64,000 nucleotides of DNA from Octopus sinensis (lineage: Eukaryota): positions 82,336,001 through 82,400,000 of the forward strand of contig NC_043004.1 of NCBI RefSeq assembly GCF_006345805.1. The letters are read 5' to 3'. Of this stretch, positions 26,232-38,671 are shown one piece after another. The position numbers were made by a program, and so were the translations under genes. The notes under the pieces were generated by a model, which was not told where the DNA came from, made no database searches, and was given only the letters and a program-made list of their open reading frames with translations. The first letter of the stretch is position 1, and the number at the start of each line of letters is the position of its first letter.

Positions 26232-26608
26232 GAGGCGCAATGACCCAGTGGTTTGGGCAGCGGACTCGCGGTCGTAGGATCGCGGTTTCGATTCCCAGAC
26301 CGGGCGTTGTGAGTGTTTATTGAGCGAAAACACCTAAAACTCCACGAGGCTCCGGCAGGGGATGGTGGTGATCCCTGCTGTGCTCTTTCACCACAACTTT
26401 CTCTCACTCTTACTTCCTGTTTCTGTTGTACCTGTATTTCAAAGGGCCGGCCTTGTCACTCTCTGTGTCTCGCTGAATATCCCCGAGAACTACGTTAAGG
26501 GTACACGTGTCTGTGGAGTGCTCAGCCACTTACACGTTAATTTCACGAGCAGGCTGTTCCGTTGGTCGGATCAACCGGAACCCTCATCGTCGTAACCGAC
26601 GGAGTGCT
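26232..26608 (+). mobile_element. SINE family C, full length
   Basis: GAGGCGCAATGACCCAGTGG head, GGTTTCGATTCC B-box, tail ending GTAACCGACGGAGTGC. Confidence 0.85.
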
Positions 26609-27429
26609 TCCATCCATATATAGGTATATATATGTATGTATATAACAATAAGGGTTTAGCAACAAGTTGCTTGACCACATACCGAAGAAGTTTAGAAATA
26701 GCAGCCAAAGGACTACTATTTCCTTTTTCTACAAAAATATGTCTCCACAGACAACAATATTTGTAACTCACATATGCGTGTGTGTGTGTGTGTGTGTGTG
26801 TGTAGGATTATTTTTATGCAATCTGTCTTTTTCTTTCCATTCTTTTACTTTTTCCTTCTTCCAAAGACACACGGAGTATGAGCTGAGGGAGACTTAGCTG
26901 ATATTTCTTGATAGCAATTCGCGAGACCACGTGGTCCTATTGCTGTCGTCTCTATTTACAATTTATCTTGCTTTTATAGTGATTACAGTTTTGTTATTGA
27001 TAATTTCAACAAACTTCTCGTTGCTATTGTTGTTCTCGATGCTGTTGTTAAGTTCTTAGTCAACTCCGAAGTTGCACCGACCTATACCGAAATGCCTTTA
27101 AGGTGCAGCTGCCGTTATTATTCTTCTTGTGAATGCTGTCGCTGCTGCTACAGGTACCGTTGTTTTTGTTTTGTACTGGAACTCATCAAAGCCTTCCACT
27201 ACAAGAGAAATCCTTCATGCATTGTCTCTGTTGTAACGATAACTATTAGATATTCTAGTGTCAAGAACTGTTACGTTTCAATCTGTCACAATATATCTAG
27301 GAATATATTATTCGGTATGTGCGCTAATTATAAGACGGCAGTGTATAACACGAGGGACATGTCACTATTATTTATAGAATATAACGATGTTGATGTTTGT
27401 GGACAAGCAATAATAATAATAATAATAAT

Positions 27430-27755
27430 AGCTCAGTGGTTAGAGCGCCGAGTTTACGATCGTGAGGTTGTGAGTTCGAATCCCGGACCGAGCTGCGTGT
27501 TGTGTTCTTGAGCAAGACACTTTATTTCACGTTGCTCCAGTTCACTCAGCTGTAGAAATATGTTGCGACGTCACAAGTGCCAAGCTGTATCGGCCCCTTT
27601 GCCTTTCCCTTGGATAACATCAGTGGTGTGGAGAGGGGAGGCCGGTATGCGTGGGCGACTGCTGGTCTTCCATAAACAACCTTGCCCAGACTTGTGCCTG
27701 GGAGGGTAACTTTCTAGGTGCAAGACCACGGTCAGTCATGACTGAAGGGGGTCTC
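27430..27755 (+). mobile_element. SINE family D variant starting in (AAT)n
   Basis: GCTCAGTGGTTAGAGCG..GAGTTCGAATCCC head and CORE-like segment. Confidence 0.75.
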
Positions 27756-27772
27756 AATCTCAATAATAATAA

Positions 27773-28098
27773 TTAGCCATGTGTTGAGAGGAATATTTTG
27801 GGGTTTGGATAATTCACGTTTGGAAACATGGGTGGTTCGTTCAACATCCTTAAACAATCCTTATTCAGGGATCTTTTGAGCAGGATGGGTTACTCGACCA
27901 GAAGAAAATTCTAACTGGGGCCCACCTGCAAGGTCATGCGCTGTTTATCTTGATATGAGATCACCATGTCGCGCACATATGGTTGTGATGCATGTGCGTA
28001 GTGTACCATTATCAGACGGGTAGTTATGATGGGTATAATGGGCTTCGTATATTTTACCCCAGCATCACTTTGATGGCATGCACTGCTCTAGCTCAGTA
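27773..28098 (+). mobile_element. Family E repeat, second copy
   Basis: Matches 9372-9708. Confidence 0.85.
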
Positions 28099-28212
28099 AT
28101 AATAATAATAATAAACTTACGGTGTCCTTGTTGCGTTTATGACTGTTAGTACTAGTGTAGTCTTAGTGTATAGGCGATAGTATTGTAGTGATATTATTTT
28201 TGCAGTAGAGGA

Positions 28213-28815
28213 GGTCGGAATCGTTAGCGTGCCGGGCAAAATGCTTACCGGCGTAATGCCTGTCTTTAGGTTTTGGGTTCAAATTCCGCCGTTGTCTTTC
28301 ATCTTCTTTTCGGGATCGATAAATTAAATATCAGTGAAACGCTGGGGTCGATGTAATCAAGTAGTCCCCTCCCCCAAAGTTTCAGGCCTTGTGCGTATTG
28401 TAGAAAGGGTTAGGATTATTTTATAGTAGAGAAAGGCGGCGAGCAGACAGAATCGTTAGCACCCCGGACAAAATGCTTAGCGGCGTTTCGTCCGTCCTTA
28501 CGTGCTGTGTTCATCGTCGTCATCGTCATCGTCATCATCATCATCATCATCATCAAGGTGGTGAGTTGGCAGAATCATTACCACGTCGGGCAAACTTCTT
28601 AGCGGTATATTTTCTGGCCCTTTATCTTCTGCCTTCTCATGCTAGCGAGGTCAAATTTGCCTTTCATCGTTTAGGGGTCTAAAAATAAATAATAAATAAA
28701 CAACCAGTCTAGCACTGGGGGAAAAAAGAATAAAATACCAGTCAAATACTGGGGTCGATGTAACCGACTTGGCTCCTGCCCCCGAAAATTGCTGGCCTCA
28801 TGCTAAAATGAGAAA
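28213..28815 (+). mobile_element. Cluster of two to three SINE family B copies
   Basis: Heads at about 28213, 28433 and 28558. Confidence 0.75.
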
Positions 28816-28899
28816 TGATTACTTTTATAGTATTGATAGTACCGTCTACTTATTGTAGGGCTCATAGTGCTCCAGTACTATTATTGTAGTGGTGTGAAG

Positions 28900-29790
28900 G
28901 CACCAGAAATAGTGGCTACTATAACCGATTCACGATCGTAAAGTCGCCAGTTCGATTCCTGGCGACGCGTTTCGTCCTTGAAGAAGACTCTTTATTTCAC
29001 GTTGCTCCAGTCCACTCATCTCGTAAAAATGAGCTGTACCTGTAATTCAAAAAGGGCCAAGCTTCTCACATTCTGTGTCACACTGAATCTCTCTGAGGAC
29101 TAAGTTAAGAGTACACCTACCTGTGAAGTGCTCAGCCTCTTGCAATTTAATTTCACGAGAAAACTGTTCCGTTGAACGAATCAACTGGAGCGCTCGTCGT
29201 CGCAACCGACGGAGTGACAGTTGTTTCACGTTGCCTCAGTCAACTCAGCCGGCATACGTGAGTTGTACTTGTGTTTCAAAGGGCCAGCCTTGTCACATTT
29301 TGTGTCCTGCTGAAACCCTCTGAGGACTACATCAAGGGTAGATGCGTCTATGGAGTACTGAGCCTGCCCCTTGCAATTTAATTTCACGAGGAAACTGTCC
29401 CAGTGAACGGATGAAGTGGGAACCTCTTCGTCATAACCGACTGAGCACCGGCTATTGTATTGGTGAATAACGTAGAGGTGATTGTGTTTGTTCTTTCAGT
29501 AATTCAACAACCATCATTTTCGCTTTCGTATCTTCTCTCCCTCATCATATTTCTTACACCTTTCAATATCTCTGTAGGCATTTATAGATAAATACATATA
29601 CAGATATGAAGGTGCGTGGCTTAATAGTTTCAGCATTCGGCTGACGATCTTAAGGTTGTGTGTTCGAAACCTCGCAGCGCGTTGTCCTTGAGCAGGACAC
29701 TTTATTTCGCATTGCTCCGGTCCACTCAGTTGGCAAAAAGGGGTTATCCCTGTAATTCAAAAAGAACAGCCTTGTCACATCATGTGTCAC
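28900..29790 (+). mobile_element. Cluster of SINE family C/D-type copies and tails
   Basis: Tails ending AACCGACGGAGTG at 29215 and 29445, and a new head at about 29612. Confidence 0.7.
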
Positions 29791-29989
29791 GTAATAGTGT
29801 TACTATAGTGGTATTGACACTAATCTTGTTTTAACAGCGAAAGTTCTTTACGGGGGTTTTTATAGTAGCAGTAGAACAGCACTGCACTATAGCCATTCTA
29901 GTGGCGTTAGTACTACAATATTACTATCGTAGCGTTGATAGCGGTAAAAAGCACTGCATTTATTATTATTATTGTTGTTGTTGTTGTTG

Positions 29990-30051
<62 letters not shown>

Positions 30052-30052
<1 letters not shown>

Positions 30053-31619
30053 CACCATTATATGTTTGGCTTTTGCTTTGTATTTGTACAAGTTGACTCC
30101 AAGTCTCACCCATAGGCATCATGAGAGAACAAGTTAGAAGTTCAAGTTGATGTTATGATAGAGTGCCATATATTTGGTTTGTACAAAGTATTGTTCTAGA
30201 GAGTATTTAAGAAAACAAAAAAATTATGAGTTTGTTTTAAAATTTGAGATTACAAATACAGTATTTTACGTTGGGTAGTTCCCATGAGCACTATCTTTTG
30301 AATGTCTGCCATTTGGGGCTTTCTTGGTATCTGAGCTTTCATCCCTAGGACACCTATGACAACAGGTATTGTTTTAGTCTTGAGGTTCCACATTTTACCA
30401 ATTTCTGTTTCAAGATTTATATACTTGCTCTGCTTTTGGTAGGTCCTGACAGATATATTTCTGTCGATTGGGACAGTCATATCAATGAGGACGCATTATT
30501 TTTGTCAGAAGTCTTTCAATATAATGCCTGGACTAATTGCATCTCTCTTTCTGTCTGTTTGAACGGTGAAGTTCCAAAGGAGTGAGACATGATCATTTTC
30601 AAGCACTGGAGGTGGTTTGTGTTCCCACCAGTTTTTATCATGGGGCAGGTCCAGGTTTAGCAAGTTGGCCATTGAATATATTGTGCAGCTCTATCATGTC
30701 TGTTGAGATACTCTGTATGCGCAAGAAGACTGCACATGGAGACAACACGATCAATGGTTTCATTTTGTTATTGACATACACGACAGGTTGAGCTACTGCC
30801 GTTCTTTAATATGTTGGCCTGACAGTTCCTTGTAGGTAGGCATTGATCTTGGACTGCCATAATAAACCCGTCTATTTCTGATTTTAAGCCAGAAGACAGT
30901 AGCCATTGATGGGTAAGGGCTTTGTCAACATCGGCATTTAGTAGCTCTCTTTGGATATTTGCCAGGGTGTTGTTACTACTCTTGCTGTTGGTTTTTAATT
31001 GTCATTTATCAATATATCTAGGATCCTGATAAGTAGGAGTTTTTAGCACGGGTTTTCATACGCTTAGCTTTTTTCTGTGCTTGTTTCGAGTACGTCTAAT
31101 TTTGGGATTTGTTGTATTTGGAATTCACTTAGATATTTCTTTGCATGTTTTGTTACTGGGTAACAGGATCATCTTATTGATCTTTACAACCATAAGATCC
31201 ACGTTTACATAAATTTTGCTCATTAGAAAATATGCCACTTTCTATTGAAAAATCTATAGGTATATTCAGTCAAGACAGATGTTAGCATTTTATATATTGC
31301 TCTTAAGTAGGTTATGGGTTTTATAATTTTTTGGTTCCTTTGTTTCTTAGTTTTTTAGAAGTAAGAATGTTACACCATTAACTAACCACGAGGCAATCAT
31401 ACTAGGTGTTGCAAAATATTGTTGTAAAGTTTTTTTTTTAGCAGTTCATGTCTCTCTGGTAAGTCGTTCAACCAGAAGTTAGGAATTTCATCCTTTCCTG
31501 GAGACTTCCATTTGCTTGACCTCCTGAGGGCAGATCTTACATACTCTACATTGATGCCCTCCTACTTTTGCTCCTCTAAGGAGTATAAGTCTGTAGATAT
31601 TCTATCAATCCAAGGGGTC

Positions 31620-31620
<1 letters not shown>
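30052..31620 (-). mobile_element. R4/Dong-like LINE, decayed 3' 1.5 kb, between (ATT)n tracts
   Basis: ORF 30250-30480 has IDRNISVRTYQKQSKY.NLETEIGKMWNLKTKTIPVVIGVLG..IQKIVLMGT (RLE C-terminus). The upstream region is homologous to the AAQDQ/CCHC segment. Confidence 0.8.
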
Positions 31621-31669
<49 letters not shown>

Positions 31670-31686
31670 TATTATTATTTAATTAA

Positions 31687-31733
<47 letters not shown>

Positions 31734-31734
31734 T

Positions 31735-31965
31735 ATTCTATGTTTGAGTTTTGCTTTATATTTGTACAAGTTGGCTCAAGTCTCACCCAGAGACCTCAAA
31801 GACAACAGGTTGGAAGTTCATGTTGTTGTTATGCCTAGTGTGCCATATATATATTTTTTTTTGGGGGGGGGGGGGTTTGGTGTTGTACTAATGAATGTCT
31901 AAAAAAAAAAATTTTTTTTTTCTTTTTTTTAAAAACCGAAAATTATGTTTGTTTTAAACCTTGAG
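31735..31965 (-). mobile_element. Isolated 3' UTR copy of the same Dong-like subfamily
   Basis: Matches 30060-30250 and is flanked by ATT repeats. Confidence 0.7.
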
Positions 31966-31969
31966 ATTA

Positions 31970-32032
<63 letters not shown>

Positions 32033-32578
32033 TCCCGTTGGTATCTCTTTTACATTGACGTTGTTGTTTTCTTTTTGTTGTTTTGCAGTGCTGATGATTT
32101 GGTAGTAGTTGTTGTTGGTGGTGGGGGTGTTACTGATAGTAGTGGTGGTAGTGGGTGATGGTGTTACTAAAGGTGGTGGTTGTAGTTGTAGTGGTGGAGG
32201 TAGCACTGGTAGTAGCAGTTGTATGGTGATGGTGGTGAGCGTAGTGGTGGTGGTGGGGTAGTAGTAGTAGTAGTATTTTTCGGGGTGGTGGTGATTGTGA
32301 TAGTGATGGTGGTGGTAGTGTTGCTGGTGAAGGTGCTAGTGATGATGAAGATGGTGATGGTGGTGTTAGTGGTAGTGATGGTGGAGGTGGCGGTGGTGGT
32401 ATTGCTTGCAGTAGCGGCGATAGTTGTGGCGGTGTTAGCAGTGGTGATGGTGGTAGCTATAGTGGGGTTGGTTTCAATAGTTGTAGTAGTGGTTGTGGTG
32501 GCAGCGTAAGTAGTAGTAGTAGTAGTAGTAGTTGTGGTGGTGGTGGTAGTGGTGGTAGTGGTGGTAGTAGTAGTAGTG

Positions 32579-32625
<47 letters not shown>

Positions 32626-34140
32626 GGTGGTGGTGGTTGCGATGGTGGTAGTTGTCTTTGTAAAATACAGAAGTTGATAATGTTGCATTTAGTGTGAAGT
32701 GAATTTTGCGTTTGTTGCGGAGATTTTCTTTTTTCCTTTTAATGATTTGAAGACATTTACTGATCTGTGGAAGGTTATGAGACGTGTGTGGAGGATAACG
32801 GTTGAGGAGAGAGCAGATAGCCAAGGTGGGAAATGGGGAAGAGAAATGAGTAGGAGGAAAATGAGGAGAGGAGGAGGATGAGGAGGAGATGGAAGAAGAA
32901 GATGAGGGAGGAGATGAGGAAGTGGAAGAAAAGGAAGGGGAAGAGAAGAAGAACAAGAGAAGAGGAAGAAGGGGAAGAGGAAGAGGAAAGAGGAAGGAGA
33001 CGAAAAAGGATGAGGAAGAGAAGAGGAAGGAGAGGAAAAGGAGGAGGAGAGGAAGGCAAAGAGGAGGAGGAAAAAGGAAGAGGAAGTAGAAGGGAAGAGA
33101 AGAAAATAAAAGGAAGAAGTGGGGAAGAAGAAGGAGAAGAAGTGGAAGAAGAAAAGACAAAGAGGAGGAGGAGAATGAGAAGAACAAGTGGAGAAAGGAG
33201 AGGAAAAGGAGGAGGAGAGGAAGGCAAAGAGGAGGAGGAAAGAAGAAGAGGAAGTAGAAGGGAAGAGAAGAAGAAAATAAAAGGAAGAGGTGGGGAAGAA
33301 GAAGCAGAAGTAGTGGAAGAAGAAAAGACAAAGAGGAGAAGAAGGAGAAGAAGAAGTGGAGGAAAGAAGAAGAGGAAGTAGAAGGGAAGGGGTTGAGGAG
33401 GAGAGAATAGGAGGAAGATGAAGAGGGAGAAAAAGAGAAGCAGAAGAGAAGAACGGTAAGAGGAAAAGAAGATAGAGAAGGAGGTGTAGAAAGAAGAGGA
33501 GAAGGAGAGAAGACGAAGGAGAAGAAAGAAGAAGAAGAAGAAGAAGAAGAAGAAGAAGAAGAAGAAGAAGAAGAAGAAGAAGAAAAAGAAGAAGAAGAAG
33601 AAATGGAGGCGGAAGGGAAGAAATAACGGCAAGAAGAAGAAAAAGAAGTGAAGAAAGAGGGGAAGAAAAGAATTGGAAAGAAGAAAATGACGAGGAAGAA
33701 AAGGGGGAAAGAGGAAGAGGGGAAAACGAAGATGGGAAGGATGAGATAAAAGAAAGCAGCAACAGTAATAGTAGTAGCTGTTGTTGTTTTAGTAGTCGTA
33801 GTCGTAGTAGTAGTAGTAGTAGTAGTAGTTTCCGTTGAGCGACGACGGCCTCTATTTAGTTGTTTTAAACTGCTGTTTTTATTGATGATGATGATGATGA
33901 TGATTATGATAATGATGATGATTTTGGTGGTTGTAGTGTTGGTGGGGGTGACGATGATGATGGTGATTATTATTATTATCATTATTATTATTATTATTAT
34001 TATTGTGATTATGGTGATAGTGATGATGATGATGATGATGGTGATGATAACGATGATGATGATGATGATGATGATGATGGTGATGGTGATGATGATGGTG
34101 ATGGTGATGATGGTGATGATAATGATTCTTATTAACTTAA
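31966..34140. repeat. Compound trinucleotide low-complexity block: (ATT)n, (GGT/AGT)n, polypurine (GAA/GGA) 32830-33760, (GAT)n
   Basis: Read directly. About 165-bp internal duplication in the purine tract (33050 and 33217). Confidence 0.95.
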
Positions 34141-34207
34141 TTACATCTACGATTGTTGGTCTTGTTATTGCTGTCTATTACAATGTTGTACATGTTGTTT
34201 ACGTGCA

Positions 34208-34720
34208 GATGCTGCTTGTGGTAAGAAGCTAGCTTCCCAAACACGTGGTTCCGGTTTCGGTCCCACTCCGTGGCACCTTGGGTAAGTGTCTTCTACTACA
34301 GCCTTGGGTCGACCAGACTCTTGAGAGAGGATTTGGGAGATAGAAACTGTAAGAAGCCCAATGTATATGTGTGTATGTTTCTATATATAATGTATAAAAT
34401 GTATATATATTCATACATGCAGTACAAACATACACACACATACATATGCATGTATGTTTATACACATTCATGCTTGTGCGTGCGTGTGTATGTGTGTGTG
34501 TGTGTGTGTGGTGTGTGTGATTGTGTCTTTGTTCCTTCCACTTGTTGATGTGTTTACGTCCGCAACACCGTAACATAGCGGTTCGACAAAAGAGACTGAG
34601 AGAATAATTACCAGCGTAACAAAAGAAAAAAAAATATTAATTAAAAAAAATTCAACTAAAATTTCCTCTCCGGGGTGCCCCTGCATGGCCGCAGCCTAGT
34701 GACTGAAACAAATAAAAGTT
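34208..34720 (+). mobile_element. SINE family A
   Basis: Head, CORE-like segment, microsatellite and tail. Confidence 0.85.
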
Positions 34721-34775
34721 TAAAGATCTAACACTTATTTTACAGTTCTATAAAATTCACTCCATAATTGCCCAC

Positions 34776-35022
34776 GGGCATATGGCGTAGTGGTTAAGAG
34801 CGCGGGCTACTAACCCCAAGATTCGGAGTTCGATTCCAGGCATCGATCTGAATAATAATAATAATAATAACATCGAAAAATACCTTAGGAATGAGAACCC
34901 AGGTTCGAAATTTCCCCAAGACACCTGATGAAGGCTGGAGGGTATATTAGCTGAAACGTTGTGTTAATAACAAACAAGATGAGGACAAATATCCGTCAAA
35001 TGTAAATAATGTAAATAATGTA
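34776..35022 (+). mobile_element. tRNA-headed SINE carrying a hammerhead ribozyme (family H1)
   Basis: A-box TGGCGTAGTGG 34783-34793, B-box GAGTTCGATTCC 34826-34837, (AAT)n linker, HHR 34920-34965, tail of TGTAAATAA repeats. Confidence 0.8.
34920..34965 (+). ncRNA. Minimal type I hammerhead ribozyme motif
   Basis: GACAC CTGATGA A GGCTG-GAGGGTATAT-TAGCT GAAA CG TT GTGTT. Stem II is GGCTG/CAGCC in other copies. Stem III is the palindrome AACGTT, with predicted cleavage after GUU at 34960. Confidence 0.75.
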
Positions 35023-35345
35023 CAAACTTATTTTGTTATTTACTTCTGTAAACTATTCAACAACAATGTCTGTTTGAAGGGCAAAAACTTGCACGCATTA
35101 TCATCTGTTTAATAGCCCTTAATCCCCCCTAAAACAAGATCCCGCTACCAGAAATCCGCCCGATTTCATACCTGATATCGTTAACCGACCTTTTACACGT
35201 TTCATTCGGCTTAATCCGTTACCTCTGGCCAATAATTTTAATCCGCTAATATACGGTTGCCATAACCTACGTTAAACAACCATTAATTAGTTCTGCTATG
35301 ATTAATCCGCCAATATCCGCGATAATCTTAATCTCATAGTCTTAA

Positions 35346-35480
35346 TCACATAATTTTATTCTTAATCTGATAGTACTAATCAGATAATTTTATTCTTAAT
35401 CTGATAGTATTAATCAGATAATTTTATTCTTAATCTGATAGTATTAATCAGATAATTTTATTCTTAATCTGATACTATTA
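35346..35480. repeat. 34-bp minisatellite, about 4 copies
   Basis: CTTAATCTGATAGTATTAATCAGATAATTTTATT starts at 35361, 35395, 35429 and 35463. Confidence 0.95.
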
Positions 35481-35899
35481 ATTTGCACGTACCTGGTTCC
35501 GCCCTGATTAATCCGTAAGCACCTGGTTTCATACTTTTTAACTTCCAATGCTTGGATCCGAATCCGTTAATCCTCTGGTATCCGGTTAAATATCTTCAAC
35601 CGCCAGCATACAGTCTAAACGCTATTAATCCACCAATATACGTTCCAATCTGCATACAGTAGTGATAAGATTAATACGTCACTACTCGGCCGGTAGCTTT
35701 AATCCGTTAATGTAATCTGACGATAGCTTTTATCCGTCAGTACCCGCGGTAACTTTGGTTCTGGTACTGTTAATTCGCCGGTACCCGGGCTAATAGCTGC
35801 AATCAGGTCCGATAATAGTAATGCACCAATGCCTGGTGAGTACTTTTCGTGTTTAGTAGCAAGCAGTGTTGATAAACATTGCAGGCATGACTGTCAGCA

Positions 35900-36590
35900 G
35901 CCGCCACCGATACCATTACCATCATCACCATCTCCACCGCCTCCTCCTCCTCCTCCTCCTCCGCCGTCGCCATCTTAGCGCTTATGACGTCCATTAACTC
36001 TCTCCCTTCCACCATCGCCATTTGCAATCTTACGACCGCTGCTACTTATAAAAACGACCAGAGCCACTCAGACTCCAAACAACCACCCCCACCTTCACAC
36101 CATCACCACCATCCACCACCACCGCCACCACCACCGCCACCACCACCACCACCACTACCGCCATCACCACCACCACCACTACCGCCGCCACTACCACCAC
36201 CACCACCTCTTCGACTACTACTACTACTACCACCACCACAACCACCACCACCGCTACCACTAGCACCACTGCTGCCGTTGCCGCCGCTTTTGCAGCTCCA
36301 GCTGCTCCTCCCGCCTCTGCCGCCTCCACTGCTTCGTGCTACAGCCCCATGACGTCGATGGCGACGACGACGATAACCACCACCATCACCCTCGACTACC
36401 ACTGGGACTGACACCGCTGCTATTAAGGAAATCCATCACTACCACCACCACCACCACCACCACCACCACCACCACCACCACCTCCACCAGCAACCAGCAA
36501 CATGATCATCAATACCACCGCCGCCATCACCACTATCATCATCATCATCATCATCATCATCATCGTCATCGCCACCATCACCATCACCAC

Positions 36591-36622
<32 letters not shown>

Positions 36623-36635
36623 CCATCACCACCAC

Positions 36636-36668
<33 letters not shown>

Positions 36669-37740
36669 CGTCGTCGTCGTCGTCGTCATCATCATCATCA
36701 CCAGCATCGTTACCACCAACGCTATCACCACAATCATCATCATCATCATCGTCGTCTCATCATCATCATCATCACCACCAGCACTACACCGTCTCTGTCA
36801 TTACAGCTCCTACTCCTACTGCTACCACCTCCTCTTCCTTCCAATTTGCGTGCTGCTGCTGATGGTGATGATGCAATTGTTTGTTATTTCCGCTGTTCTT
36901 ACTGCAGCTGTTGCTGCTGTGGCCGTCATCTTTGTTGTTGTTGTTGTTGTTGTGAGTGTTGTCGTTGCGCTGCTTTGTGGTAGCGGTCATCAGGGTGATC
37001 GTGAGGATAGTGGTGGTGGTAAGGGTGGCGGCGCTGGTGGTGGTGGTGGTGAAGATGGCCGTGGTGAAGGTGATGGTGGTGGTGAAGGTAGTGGTGGTGG
37101 TGGTGGTAGAATTGGTGGTGGTAGAGATGGTGGTGGTGTTGGTGGTGAAGGTGGTGTTGGTGATGGTGGTGAAGGTGGCGGTATAGGTGGTGGTGGTGAA
37201 GATGGTGATGGTGGTGTTGAAGGTAGTGGTGGTGGTGGTGGTAGAATTGGTGGTGGTAGTGATGGTGGTGGTGTTGGTGGTGAAGGTGGTGTTGGTGATG
37301 GTGGTGAAGGTGGCGGTATTGTGGTGGTGGTGGTGGTGGTGGTGGTGGTGGTGATGGTGAAGGTGGTGTTGGGATTTTGTAGTGATGGAGGTGGTGACGA
37401 TGAGATGGTGACGATAATGATGATGGTGGTGGTGTTGGCGCTGGTGGCGGTGGTGGCGATGATGGTGGTGGTGGTGGTGGCGGCACTGGTAGTGGGGCTG
37501 GTGGTGTAGCTGGTTGTGGTGAAGGTGGTGTCGAGGGTTTGTGGTAATGGTGATAGTGGTGATGGGATGGTGACGATAATGATGATGGCGGTGGTGGTGA
37601 TGGTTGTGATGATTGTGTTGTTAGTGGTAGTAATGATGACGCTGACGTTCACAATGACGATTATGATAACGATGATGATGGTGATGATAATGTTGATGTT
37701 GTTGTTGGCGGTGGTGGTGTTAGTAACGATGGTGGTTCAT
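35900..37740. repeat. (CCA/CAT)n block followed by (GGT/GAT)n block
   Basis: The strand composition switches at about 36850-36960. Confidence 0.95.
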
Positions 37741-37854
37741 ATGGTCCCAGTATTGCAATTATGGTGGCGTTGTTTATCAATTTAGTTCCGGCTTAATTGT
37801 CTTTATAATTTTGTTGTTGATGTTGTTCTTACGCTCGCACTTGTCTTCATTTGT

Positions 37855-37892
<38 letters not shown>

Positions 37893-37915
37893 TTTTTTTA
37901 TTTTTTTTTACACAA

Positions 37916-38668
37916 GGCGGCGAGCTGGCAGAAACGTTAGCACGCCGGTCGAAATGCTTAGCTGTATTTCGTCTGCCGTTACGTTCTGAGTTCAAATTCC
38001 GCCGAGGTCGACTTTGCCTTTCATCCTTTCGGGGTCGATAAATTAAGTACCAGTTACGCACTGGGGTCGATATAATCGACTTAATCCGTTTGTCTGTCCT
38101 TGTTTGTCCTCTCTGTGTTTAGCCCCTTGTAGGTAATAAAGAAATAGGGATTTCGTCTGCTGTTACGTTCTGAGTTCAAATTCCGCCGAGGTCGATTTTG
38201 CCTTTCATCCATTCGGGGTCGATTAAATAAGTACTAGTTACACACTGGGGTCGGTATAATCGACTTAATCCGTTTGTCTTTCCTTGTTTGTCCTCTTCGT
38301 GTTTAGCCCCTTGTGGGTAGTAAAGAAATAGGTATTTTGCTTACCTTTATGTTCTGAGTTCAAATTCCGGTGAGGTCAACTTTGCCTTTCATCCTTTCGG
38401 GGTCGATAAATTAAGCACCAGTTGTGTACTGGGGTCAATCTAATCGACTGGCCCCTTCCCAAAAGTTTCGTGTCTTGTGCCTAGAGTAGAAAAGAATATT
38501 TGGGTCAAACAAAGACGGCGAGCTGGCAGAAACATTAGCACGCCGGGCGAAATGTGTAGCCGTATTTCGTCTGTCGTTACGTTCTGAGTTCAAATTCCGC
38601 TGAAGTCGACTTTGCTTTTCATCGTTTCGGGGTCGATAAGTTAAGCAGCAGTTGCGTACTGGGGTCAA
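37916..38668 (+). mobile_element. SINE family B with tandemly repeated body, plus a further copy
   Basis: Body repeats at about 37966, 38148 and 38332 (period about 183 bp), and a new head at 38516. Confidence 0.85.
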
Positions 38669-38671
38669 TAT

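Noticed and set aside
32167-34232. Long ORFs up to 502 aa (poly-T, S/F/L-rich, E/K/R-rich)
   Set aside because: Open in several frames on both strands over trinucleotide repeats, with no domain content.
34776-34850. Possible tRNA gene (also 26232, 27430, 48880)
   Set aside because: No acceptor-stem pairing, and each continues into a SINE body.
35346-35480. CRISPR-like 34-bp repeat
   Set aside because: Units are contiguous with no spacers, in a eukaryotic context.
35984-37785. His-rich, Pro-rich and Gly-rich ORFs resembling structural proteins
   Set aside because: Overlapping frames over (CCA/CAT/GGT)n, with no signal peptide or splice support.
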